Of a DNA stretch of 64,000 nt, positions 28,339-47,168 are shown piece after piece. Below the pieces are notes generated by a model. The model was not told where the DNA came from. It did no database searches and saw only the letters and a program-made list of their open reading frames with translations. The stretch is from the human T2T-CHM13v2.0 reference genome, Homo sapiens. Location of the stretch: the NCBI RefSeq assembly GCF_009914755.1, contig NC_060940.1; one strand, written 5' to 3'. A program made the translations under genes and the position numbers. How positions within the stretch are numbered: position 1 is the stretch's first letter; each line of letters begins with the position of its first letter.

Positions 28339-28840
28339 CTTATTCCCATTTTATAGAGAAGGAAACTGAGGCTCTGAGGGATGAAATTGTTCATCCAAGC
28401 TCACACAGGTAGCAAAATGCACAGCCAGGTCTGGCTAAGCCCAACTCTCTCCTATCTCTCTCTCTCTCTCTTTTTTTTTTTTTTTTTGTACAACAGGACT
28501 TATCATTTCTTGAGGATTAATTGAGGTCCCTGGGGACTCAGGGTAGGAAACTTATCAGGTGGTCGAGGATGAAAAGTGGGAGCAAAGAGTCTTTGCCATC
28601 TTTCACAGTTCTGTTCAATGTAGACATCTGGCACTTGCTAACTACCAGAACACAAAGTCACTTGGATGTGGAGTATTTGCCAAGGGCATTGATCTCCCAC
28701 GTGGGGTCCCTGGACTAGCATCATCAGCAGCAGCATCACCTGGGAATTTGTTAGAAATGCAAATTCTCAGACCCCAGCTCAGACCTAGTGAGTCAGAAAT
28801 GCTGGATGTGGGGCCCGGCAATCTGCAGTGCAAAGTCAAA

Positions 28841-29583
<743 letters not shown>

Positions 29584-29768
29584 AAGCCCTCCAGGTGGTT
29601 CTGATTCACAATAAAGTTTGAGAACCAATGGCTCAGAGCTGTGCCTCTCCATTTCTTACCCACCCAAGGATCAGCCCAAGGATGAACATTTTTTTAATAG
29701 GCTTTTAATGGTGGTTTCTATGCACACTAAAAATTGAGAGCATTTAGCCTTGAGGATACGGTGAGTAA

Positions 29769-30332
<564 letters not shown>

Positions 30333-31061
30333 TAAGTGCTCCCAGCACACTGTATAAAGTATTGGGGCCTGGCTGTGAGATTAGCAGAGTCCACAGGCAT
30401 GAGGCTCAGCTACCCAACTCCCATCTGGGAGGTAGGACCACTGTGGAAGCAGAGCAGGGACATGGGAATTTCCTAATCATCTGCTTGGATAGCATAATGA
30501 AGTCAACATGCTGCATAATTACATACTTGGGAAGTTTCCATTATTCACCATGTTGTGATCTCTAGCACCTGGTGTCAGCCCCTCCAGAGACAGAGAGGCT
30601 GGCTGGCAGGAGGAGCTTGCATGGCTCCCTGAGCCCCGAAGCCAAGGGATCCTGAGTACGTCATCATGCCTTGAACCCGTGGGAGGGTCTTTTGAATCCA
30701 AGTTGTCCTGGTGCACCTCCTGCCTGCAAGAGACAGGAAGACGGGAAGACGCAGCAGGCTGGGAGGAATGGTCAGCTAGGGTCGTGGGCTCCCCAGGGGA
30801 TCCTTCTCGTTCTGAAAACTCAACCTAAGGCTTTCTGGATTTGCTGAGCAGGAGCGGCCCATTCCATTCATAATATCTATTGGTGGCATTGTTCATCTCC
30901 TCTATGCAAGGCGCTTCACATATTATCATAGCTAAGCTTCGTAAAATGTCTATTCTGAAGGTACTATTGATTCACATTTTAGAGAAGATGAAGTAGGCCA
31001 GCAGAAAAAGTAGCCTGATAAAGATCACACAGCTGGTAAGACAGAAGCAGGATGTGTCTAA

Positions 31062-31272
31062 CTCAGTGTTTCTTATCTAGATACTGTTGGCATTCGGGGC
31101 CAGATGATTCTTTGTTGCGGAGGATGGCCCTGTGCATTCTAGGGTGTTTAGCAACATCCTTGGCTTCTACCCATCAGATGCCGGTAGCACACCCCAGCTC
31201 GGTTGTGACAACCAAAAGTGTCTCCAGACATTGCTGATGTCCCCTAAGGAGAAAATCAACCCCCATTGAGAA
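31062..31272 (-). mobile_element. MER20 hAT-Charlie DNA transposon
   Basis: gttgtgacaaccaaaagtgtctccagacattgc...cccctaaggagaaaatc. Confidence 0.85.
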
Positions 31273-31276
31273 ATAG

Positions 31277-31600
<324 letters not shown>

Positions 31601-33403
31601 TAAGATGCTACTCTGCCTCCGCAAATATTCTAAATCTGAGCAGCTTTGAGGCACCAGGGTATAAGGTTATAGATGACATTACTTCTTTACCTATGCACTT
31701 TTTAGTTAGCCCACTTCCCCCTGCTCCCTCCTTTCCCCCACCCTCTGTCTTGCACACACCCAACCTTCTGCCATTTTAGAGGTATAGAACAAGATAGAAT
31801 TTGGTTGACTTGTTGGAAGTTCATATAGCTAGGAAGTTGAAATCAAAGTAAAGCTAAGTTTTGCAGACCCTCTTCTAGCCCTTTTCCTATTTCCCCATTT
31901 TCTCTCCTCCAGTACCTCCAAGGCATGCTGGAAGCTGGGTGAGCTTCCTGAAGCTTCATTATGTGACATCGGCAATAGCCTCTTGCAGTGATTGGTTTCC
32001 TTACTTTCTCTCCATTTCTTTCCAGGAATCTACTTGGTTGTCACCTCCACAGATGAATAGCTGTTTATAGTGTGTCTGAGACCGTATCCCTACTTGTCAT
32101 GGTCCCTGTACATAGTAGGCCCTCAGTAAATATTTGTTGAATTAATGACTAAATCACTCTGAGTGTCATTTCCACGAATTAAAATAACATGACCTTAGCT
32201 CGTAGTGTCAATGACACTTTGCCTGGGTTACAACCGGGTTTGAGGCAAGAAGCAAAATCCCACGGAGGCTGGAGAGAGCAAAAGGGCTTACTCACTGGAA
32301 AGAGCCAGGGATACCTCACAGATGCCAAGGGCAAAAGTACAGTCCAGCTAATGCAGCACCAGGACCAGGACTAAGATCATTATTCCGCCTTTCACCCTGG
32401 ACTGAACAGCGTCTGATCTCAGATTTGCACAGCAGTTGGCTTTATCTCTGTCTCCTCTGTTTCTATTTTTCACTTCTTCTTCTTCTTCTTCTTTTTTTTT
32501 TTTAACCTTCTGAATTCCTCTCTATGTCCAGACCAGTGTTCTCTACTTTATCCATATGGTAAAAGATGACTCCCTCAGCATGGCAAGCTCAACACCCCCA
32601 CATTGACTTGTCCTCATATTGAAGCACAAACCCAGACCAAGGAAGATTTTGCACACTCAATTTCAAATTTCCAGGAGAAAGAATCTGATTGGTGCTCCTT
32701 GTACCAGGTGATGCTCTCTGGCCCAATCAGGAATGGCCATGAAGTGGGGCTTTTTAGTATAAAAATGACCCCTGAGGTCCATTTCCATGTTTGAGGAGCA
32801 GTTCTTAGAAAACTGGGGGATGGGGAAACACCCAAAAGCCTCTAGTACATTTTCTCTGCCCAGGTGAGAAGTAGTAGCCTGCTCCACCTTGCCTGCATCA
32901 AAGTCAAGTGTTGGAGAAACATCAGGAGTTGGCATGTGACTCTCAGGTGGGCATAACTGGCTCAGACCCTCATTCAGTTCCTTTCCTTTTCCAACAAAAA
33001 TGCTCAGAAGGAAGCCCTGAAAGGAAGTTGGAGTGCAACAGCTGCCACTTCTAATTACAGCCAGCCTTAGTCAATTTGGATTAATTGGGGGCAGAAAGTC
33101 CAATTTACACAAAAGAACAACCATATACACATTTCTTTGTTTTGATTGCCTATGAGGACATACAGCAAGTTATACTATAATGATGAAAAAAATATGGCAA
33201 ACAAGTAAAAAGAAGGCAAGGAGGACAAACAGAAGCTCAAGCAATAGAAATCCCAGGGGACTGGCTTTATTGACTAAAACCACAGTGATAATAATAAACA
33301 CACATGCAGTTGGAATTAAAACAGGTGCTTATAAGATGTTTGGAAACAGGTTTGATTCTCTTGAGTAGTAATAATGATAAGAAAGAAAAATAGCAAATGT
33401 GTA

Positions 33404-34010
<607 letters not shown>

Positions 34011-35339
34011 ACACATTTACTGTGTGCCAGGCTCTATTCTAAGTGTTTGATGGAGTCCATGTCTCCTCATTTAATTCTGCAGCAACCTGATGGTGGAGAT
34101 GCTGCAGGGCAGTGGGGGTGCTCACAGTCTTCAAAAGTACTTTAAAAATTAACCGGGAGCGTAAAAGGGGAGGGCATGTCTGATGTTCTCTAGAAGAAGC
34201 ATAACAGAATAGATAAGAGCTGGGACTATGCAGCAGCCAGACAGCCTGGGTTTGAATCTTGCTAAGTGACCCTGTGTGAGTTATTTAATCCCTCTGAGCT
34301 TTGATTCCCTCCTCTTTAAAACGTGGCTAATAGAACTTTCCTCAGATAATTGTGGTGAGGGTGAAACATGGCATGGAACCTATGTGAAATGCCGAGCACA
34401 GCCCTTGGCACGTAGAAGACACAATCAATGCCATGATATGTAGTTAGGGTTACAGGATCTAGAGTCCACCTGTGTATCTTACAAGCTTTGCCCACTTGGA
34501 ATTACTTCTCACCAAGCTTCCATTTTCTTATCTGGGAAAACATGGATGATGACAGAATCTACTTCCTGTGTTCTTATGAGGAAGGATTCAGATAATGCAG
34601 GTAAAGTTCTTAGTACAGTGTCTTACCTATCATAAGCTTTTACTATATATGATTGTTTTTGTTGTTAGCATTCTAGAATGATGAAAGAAGCACAGAGAAA
34701 AAGGTAGGCCATTAAAAATGACAACATGAAACCCATTATACTGTTAAGTGATTTGCGCTGTGCAATTAGCAAATTACACTCATTTTTCCCACCCCAAAAA
34801 AGTGCTTTAACAAGAGGAGGCTGCTTGTGCCAATCATAAACACCCTATAAACAACGCATTTCTCCTGGAAGATCCATTTTCTCCTGACAATGCTCTCTGT
34901 TTGATGGCATTTGCATTCCCCTTGATTTGCCTAATTTTAATGAGACATTAGATCAACATCACAAAAGCAATTTCAGATTACTCGGGTTCCTTGACAAAAA
35001 TTCTATTGTCATGACATTGTTCAGTTTATACATGGAGAATTTTTGCCATTGATTTCTGGGACAAAACTCTTATGTAATGCCAGCAAAAGTGTGAAATGAT
35101 TGTTTTTTTAACATATAATTATGGTTTAAAAAACCCAGGAAACACCTTCTTGTGGTGTTAACACTACACATTAGTGTTCGTTGATGCAAGCAGCAGAAAC
35201 CAACCTTTCCTAGCATGAAGGAAATCAAAATATATTGAATGCCTTTGAGAAGGGAAGGCCGGGGGATCCAGAAACCAGGGAAATTTTAGGCGTCTAGAAA
35301 GCAGGATTATTGGACCATCTTGTAAACACACCACCACTC

Positions 35340-35645
35340 AGCCGGGCGAAGTGGCTCACGCCTGTAATCCCAGCACTTTGGGAGCCCGAGGCAGGAGGAT
35401 CACGAGGTCAGGAGATTGAGACCATCCTGGCTAACATGGTGAAACCCCATCTCTACTAAAAATACAAAAAATTAGCTGGGCGTGGTGGTGGGCGCCTGTA
35501 ATCCCAGCTACTTGGGAGGCTGACGCAGGAGAATGGCATGAACCCGGGAGGTGGAGCTTGCAGTGAGCCTAGATTGCGCCACTGCACTTCAGCCTGGGCG
35601 ATAGAGTGAGACTCCGTCTCAAAAAAATAAATAAATAAGTAAAAA
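35340..35645 (+). mobile_element. AluY
   Basis: gaccatcctggctaaca, gaatggcatgaaccc, ggagcttgcagtg; TSD aaacac(ac)caccact. Confidence 0.95.
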
Positions 35646-36014
35646 ACACCACCACTTGGTCAGCTCCAATTTTTATCTTAGCCTAGTTTCATTTAAGATG
35701 TAAAGTCCCAAGAAGTGTCCCATTGGTCTAGTGTGGATCCTGTGTCTGCCCCTTCATGGGTAAGGGAGAATGAGACTTGATAATTTCTAGCTTCACCAAG
35801 ACCACAGACATTGGAGGAGAGCAAATTTCCTAAAAGAAGAGCAGGATTGAGAGGACTGAGGAGATGGTGTGTTTGTAGGTGTGGGAACTCCTTTTCTTTA
35901 GTTATCATTTACCAGAATTCCTAGTGAATAATGCTTTGCAGTGATTAATGCCCAACTTTTGCTGGCTATTGACTGTCACTGGAGATATAAAATAGCCATG
36001 CTGTGGAAGAAGGT

Positions 36015-36362
36015 TGTTACTATGTGTGTTAGTCACCACAGACCATAGACGGAGTGGCTTAAACAACAAATATTTATTTCTCACAGCTCTGGAGACTGGG
36101 AAGTCGAAGGACGAAGTGCCTGCAGATATGGTATCTGGTGGGGACTGGCTTCCTGGTTTGCAGATGGTGGCTTTGTCACTGTATCCTCACATGGCCAAGA
36201 GAGAGGTAATCTCTCTCATGTCTCTTCTTATAATCTCACTCATGAGGGCTCCACCCTCATTACCTAATTACCTCCCCAAAGCACCACCTCCAAATACCAT
36301 CACATTGGGAATTAGCTTCAACATATGAATTCGGAGAGATACAAAAACATTCAAATCATAGC
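36015..36362 (-). mobile_element. MLT1A/MST-type MaLR LTR
   Basis: tggcttaaacaacaaatatttatttctcacagctctggagactgggaagtc...aacattcaaatcatagc. Confidence 0.8.
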
Positions 36363-36949
36363 CCTAAATGATGGAGAATTGGGGTTTTCAAAACCATTCT
36401 TAGTCTCATTTTATTTAATTTAGAAGTTTTTGCTGTACCTAGGGATGGATAGAAAATGTGTTTTCCAAAACGCAGGCATTCTTTGTGATCTGGACTTTTC
36501 AGTCATTTTGTATGGAGAGGGAGTGCCTGGTCTAGATTGAGACCCAAAGCTGTGGGAAGGGATCATTTAGCACGGGAAGATGATGAGATGGCAAAGACAA
36601 CTTTATAGCACTCTTTATCATGGATGTAAAAGGGTCAGGCGAGGCTGACAAGCCAGTCCTCACGGCTACTGTGAATAGGCCAAGGGAAACTGGGCTGAAA
36701 TTGCATTATAAATTATTTAGGTAGAACATGAGGAAAGACTTGCTGGCTGCAAGGGAAGTTAGACATTGTGGCAAGCCTTCAAGGTATTTTTTTTTTTTTG
36801 ATCCGAGGTAGCCAATGTGTGCATTCCCTCCTCCTCCACCCGTGATTCCACATCTATGGTGTATATCACCAGATAATCAGAGCGCTTGTCTCCTCCTAGG
36901 CAGGAATGGATCTCAGGATATTTCTCAACACAGCACTTTAGAGGGTTTT

Positions 36950-37116
36950 TATTAGCTGGGCATGGTGGTGGGCACCTGTAATCCCAGCTACTCAGGAGGC
37001 TGAGGCAGAGAACTGCTTGAACCCGGGAGGCAGAGGTTGCAGTGAGGCAAGATTGCGCCACTGCACTCCAACCTGGGTGATAGAGCGAGACTCCATCTCA
37101 AAAAAAAAAAAAAAAG
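36950..37116 (+). mobile_element. Alu right arm (5'-truncated AluS)
   Basis: attagctgggcatggtggtgggcacctgtaatccc...ctcaaaaa. Confidence 0.92.
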
Positions 37117-38644
37117 GTTTCTACTGATCAACTAGATTTAGCGTGTGTGTGTGTGTTTGTGTGGTAGTGATGGTGGTGGTGTGGCACAATTTACTGCCCC
37201 TCATCTAGATTCAGAATTGGGAATGTAAGTGGAGACATGAGCTGCACTAATTATCTTTTCAATATTTCACCTTACTTGGGAGTTACCGCCAACTCATTAA
37301 GTAACTGCTAAGGCAACAACGACTACAACAACAACAGAACCCCCCAAAGGGGAAATAAAAGGACAGTGAAGCTTACAGGGTGTGAATTATTTGAAGCAGT
37401 GTGAGGTATTAACCAGAAGTGTTTAACTCCCTTGAGAACGCAGAATAGAGACATATCATGCAAGGCTTTTTGCATTGTATACAATAAGAAAATGCAAAAC
37501 ATTCTGGCTTAAATAATTTATGCAACTTATTGACTAAAGCAACAGGAAAATCAAGTTATGATGCCCAGTTCATGTGGGGCTTAATCTAGTAGTTTAAAGA
37601 CCTGAGTTCCTCTCTCTTTGCCTTTTCATTCCATCCTCGGGCACCTCTTGGTGGGTCATCGTAGCTCTATGCTCTTTTCTTCTGGTCTGAAAACAGCTGC
37701 AGCAGCTGCACAATTTCCACCTTCAGCACATCCCGTTCACAGAAGAGAGAGTGTCTCTGCAGGTACCTCCTTCTCATGTCCCGGCATTCTCTCTCTTTCT
37801 CTTTCTCTCTCATTGGCTTGAATGGGATCAGTGTCTGGGAGATGCCAGGAAGGTCAATCCTTAGAACCAAGGGGAAGATCAGTCCCGTCTAAACCATATG
37901 GCTAAGATTGGTGTACAGGTAAGTTCCCCAAATGAGAAGCAGATTATGATTGAAAGGAATGGGGAGAATGGATACTGGAAAGGCAATGAAAGTACTCTTT
38001 GCAATGGTAGTTTGTACATGTGTGGGTGGGGGGCTGAAGTCTCTTGCCCAAGAGCCACTCCTTAAATAAAATAGGAATAAGGAAAAGATGGAAAGTTCAT
38101 CCCATCCAGAGGTGACCAAGGTGCAAATTGTAGAGAAAACCCTTTCCTTCTTAAGAGAGTCCATCACCTCCTTCATTGCCTTTTGATGTAGAAATTGGGG
38201 TTTGGGCCAACTTTTCCACTGGCTGTCTTCTCCAGGTTTGCCTGGAGTTTTGCCCCATTAGCAGCCACTGCCATGTGTGTTTGTGCACCCAGCTTAGCTG
38301 GGAACTGATGTGCCAAGTAAGCCTGTGCTCCCCTAGTGCTGGTGGATAGAGGGGAGGGGCAGCCAACAGTGGGGTCACCAGAGGACTAGCAAAGGAGGAA
38401 CTTGAGGAGAAGCAGACACTATTTCTCCTTCTCTGTTTCTCCTGGCAGTTCGTGGCTACTCCATGGGGCTGGATGGCTACTCCAACAGGATGGAGACATT
38501 TTTAAGATTCAGGCTTGAACAAGTTGCTCAACTTCTCATGGTCTCATGCGTCATCTCTATACAATGATCATAGAAGTGCATCATTGTGCGAATAGTTGTA
38601 GGCGTTCCATGAGATGATGTATGCAAAACAAGAGGGCTTCACTT

Positions 38645-39145
38645 TGCATCTTAGGTTGGATTCCCTAGAAGCAGAGTTTGAGATGGGGATTCTTGTGCAA
38701 GTGATTTATAGAGGGACACTTTCCAGAGAAGGGTAGTGAGGAAAGCAAGATTGTGCAGGGCAAGGAACTCAGCAAGGATGTGGCAGGGAAAGGAGACCAG
38801 CTAGGTCAGCTATTCTTCAGCCTGATTCCATGCGAAGCCCTAAGCATCAATTGCATCTCAGAGCTGGTTCCACTTTGAGGCGAGGGTCTGGCCTTCCATA
38901 TTCTCATGTTAGTCATTGACTATGGGCTGCTTGTGTTTGTCATTGACTATGGGCTGCCTTGTCTATGGGCTGCTTCAGGGGGTGGGGAAAGAAACCTTAT
39001 TGGCAAGGTAGCTCCCATTCAGCTAGAGCCAATTTTCCATAGACGAAGGTGGCTGTGAGCCATTAGCAATCATCATTCACAGCCTCTGGGGGATGGGGAC
39101 ACCTGCTGTGAAAAGAATCTGGGCAGGGCACCAACGGTATCCACC
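38645..39145 (-). mobile_element. Old ERVL-type solo LTR (LTR16-like)
   Basis: tcttaggttggattccctagaagcagagtttgagatggggattcttgtgcaagtgatttat. Confidence 0.55.
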
Positions 39146-39744
39146 ACACCATGATGGATACAATCTGGTTTCAAAGCGGGAGGGAGGCAGGATTTGGGAT
39201 TAACTCTAGTTTATAGACCGGAGAACTGAAGTCGAGAGATCAGGCAACTTGCCCAAGGTCAAACTGCTAGCAGGCATTAGAGAAGAAATGAGGAGGCAAA
39301 TTTCTTGCCTCTTGCAGTGAGGTTATTCATATGATCATAGTTTTCTAAAAAAAAGAAAAAAGGCTAGTTTCTTATAAATTATCTGCCCAGCCCTTTATTT
39401 TAAAAACAAGGAACCTGAGGGCCAGAAAAGACCAAGCAATCCAAGTTCACAGAGAGAGTCAGGCAGACCCAAGACCAAACCTGCATAATCATATCCACCT
39501 TTGAACCCCACAAATCTCATTCTGCTGCTTCTTTTTGAAAACAGGCAATGAAGGGAGCTGCTGTTGCTTTGTGGAAATATGTTCCCATGAACTCAATGAC
39601 CTCCCTGCTGCTTAGAACAAATCTTGATCAGGCAGTGAATAAACCTTCCAGACAACAGTATTCTTGCTTCAGGAGAGGCTTGTGGGAAAATGCAGTGAGC
39701 TCAGGTGCCTTAGAGTGAGAATGACAGACAGGGCTGGAAAGAGA

Positions 39745-40230
39745 AATCTTGCATTTACTTGACAAATATTTATTGTACTAGGTGGTGGGGGTGTAGCACT
39801 GCACACTCCAGACAGGTTCCTCTTTCTGGAGTTACAGTCCAGTGGGAAAGGCAATAATTAACTAAACTACCCTTCATGGGATTTAAATGACAATGATGGT
39901 ACGTGCTATGAAGAGGTTCGGGATGTTGTGTGAACATATGACTGAGGGACCTGACCTCATTTGGGGCCAGAAAGCTTTTCTCTTAAGCTTAGACCATAGA
40001 CCATAGACAGACTGGCTTAAACAACAAATGGAGATATAAAGAATGAAGAGAACTTAATGAGAAAAAGGGGTTGAGGGAGGGGCTGGAAGAACATTCCAGG
40101 CAGAGGGAACAGCTTATGAATGATTTCCAAGGGGGGAAGGTTTTGTTTGAGGCCAATTTATTTGAGAAAGACCAGGGTGGCTGGAGATCATGGTGAGAAT
40201 GGGTTTGATTGGAGATGAGGATGGAGATTC
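39745..40230 (-). mobile_element. L2 LINE relic
   Basis: catttacttgacaaatatttattg...aacattccaggcagagggaacagc. Confidence 0.7.
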
Positions 40231-40379
40231 AGTTCTTTAATAAAAGGGAAGACATAAAGTGAAGGTAAGCAGGAAGGTGTCCCAAATGTGTGTGTTTGTG
40301 GGGCAGGTAATAGGACAAGACTTGTGTTGTAGAAGTATCATTCTGATTGTGGTGGATTGAGAAGGATATCCTTACCAAT

Positions 40380-41730
<1,351 letters not shown>

Positions 41731-42270
41731 GATAGACCAGGATGCAAAAAAAGGAGACTTGAGAATGGATTGGAAGAAGTCCAGAGTAGATAAGAAACAT
41801 GCTTCAGTTGTATAGGTGAGAGATGATTGTGGTGTCTTGGGCCAAAATGGTACTAGTGAAAATGGAGACAGGGAAATGGATTAGAAGAAAATTTAGGATA
41901 TTTGTATTTCAAAATTGAGAAAAAGAACATGTCAAGGCAAAGAGATGTATGCTTGCCTTCTGAGGAAAACAACCACCAATGGATGGAAGCAGGAGAGAGA
42001 AAGATTCTAATACATTATAAGGAAGATTTTGTTTTTCTAAGAACCAGACTTTTATTTTTTATTTTTTTAAAATTTATTTCATCTGTTTTCTTTTTTATTA
42101 TTATTATACTTTAAGTTCTAGGGCACATGTGCCATGTTGGTTTGCCGCACCCATCAACTTATCATTTACATTAGGTATTTCTCCTAATGCTATCCCTCCC
42201 CAAGCCCCCCACCCCCCAACAGGCCCCGGTGTGTGATGTTCCCCGCCCTGTGTCCAAGTGATCTCATTGT

Positions 42271-46076
<3,806 letters not shown>

Positions 46077-46139
46077 TATGATGTTTGCTGGTTGTTTTGC
46101 CTGTTAATTGATGCAGTTTCTTCATAGCATTGATGGTCT

Positions 46140-47168
46140 TTACAACTTGGCATGTTTTTGCAGTGGCTGGTACCAGTTGTTTCTTTCCATGTTTATTTAG
46201 TGCTTCCTTCAAAACCCTTGTAAGGCAGGCCTGGTGGTGACAAAATCTCTGAGCATTGGCTTGTCTGTAAAGGATTTTATTTCTCCTTCATTTATGAAGC
46301 TTAGTTTGGCTGGATATAAAATTCTGGGTTGAAAATTCTTTTCTTTAAGAATGTTGAATATTGGCCCCCACTCTCTTCTGGCTTGCACGGTTTCTGCTGA
46401 GAGATCCACTGTTAGTCTGATGGGCTTCCCTTTGTGGGTAACTCGACCTTTCTCTCTGGCTGCCCTTAACACTTTTTCCTTCATTTCAACCTTGGTGAAT
46501 CTGACAATTATGTGTCTTGGGGTTGCTCTTCTCGACGAGTATCTTTGTGGTGTTCTTTGTATTTCCTGAATTTGAATGTTGGCCTGCCTTGCTAGGTTGG
46601 GGGAGTTCTCCTGGATAATATCCTGAAGAGTGTTTTCCAACTTGGTTGCATTCTCCCCATCACTTTCAGGTATGCCAATCAAATGTAGATTTGATCTTTT
46701 CATGTAGTCCCATATTCCTTGGAGGCTTTGTTCATTTCTTTTTACAATTTTTTCTCTAAACTTCTCTTCTCACTTTATTTCATTAATTTGATCTTCAATC
46801 ACTGATACCCTTTCTTCCACTTGATCGAATCAGCTACTGAAGCTTGTGCATGTGTCACGAAGTTCTCATGCCATGGTTTTCAGCTCCATCAGGTTATTTA
46901 AAGTCTTCTCTACACTGTTTATTCTAGTTAGCCATTCGTCTAATCTTTTTTCAAGGTTTTTAGCTTCCTTGCAATGGGTTCACACATCCTCCTTTAGCTC
47001 GGAGAAGTTTGTTACTACCGACCTTCTGAAGCCTACTTCTGTCAACTTGTCAAAGTCATTCTCCATCCAGCTTTGTTCCGTTGCTCGCTAGGAACTGCGA
47101 TCCTTTGGAGGAGAAGAGGCGCTCTGGTTTTTAGAATTTTCAGCTTTTCTGCTCTGGTTTCTCCCCAT
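46140..47168 (-). pseudogene. L1 ORF1p, disrupted
   Basis: EIQRTPQRYSSRRATPRHIIVRF, ARREWGPIFNILKEKNFQPRILYPAKLSF; frame broken. Confidence 0.95.
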
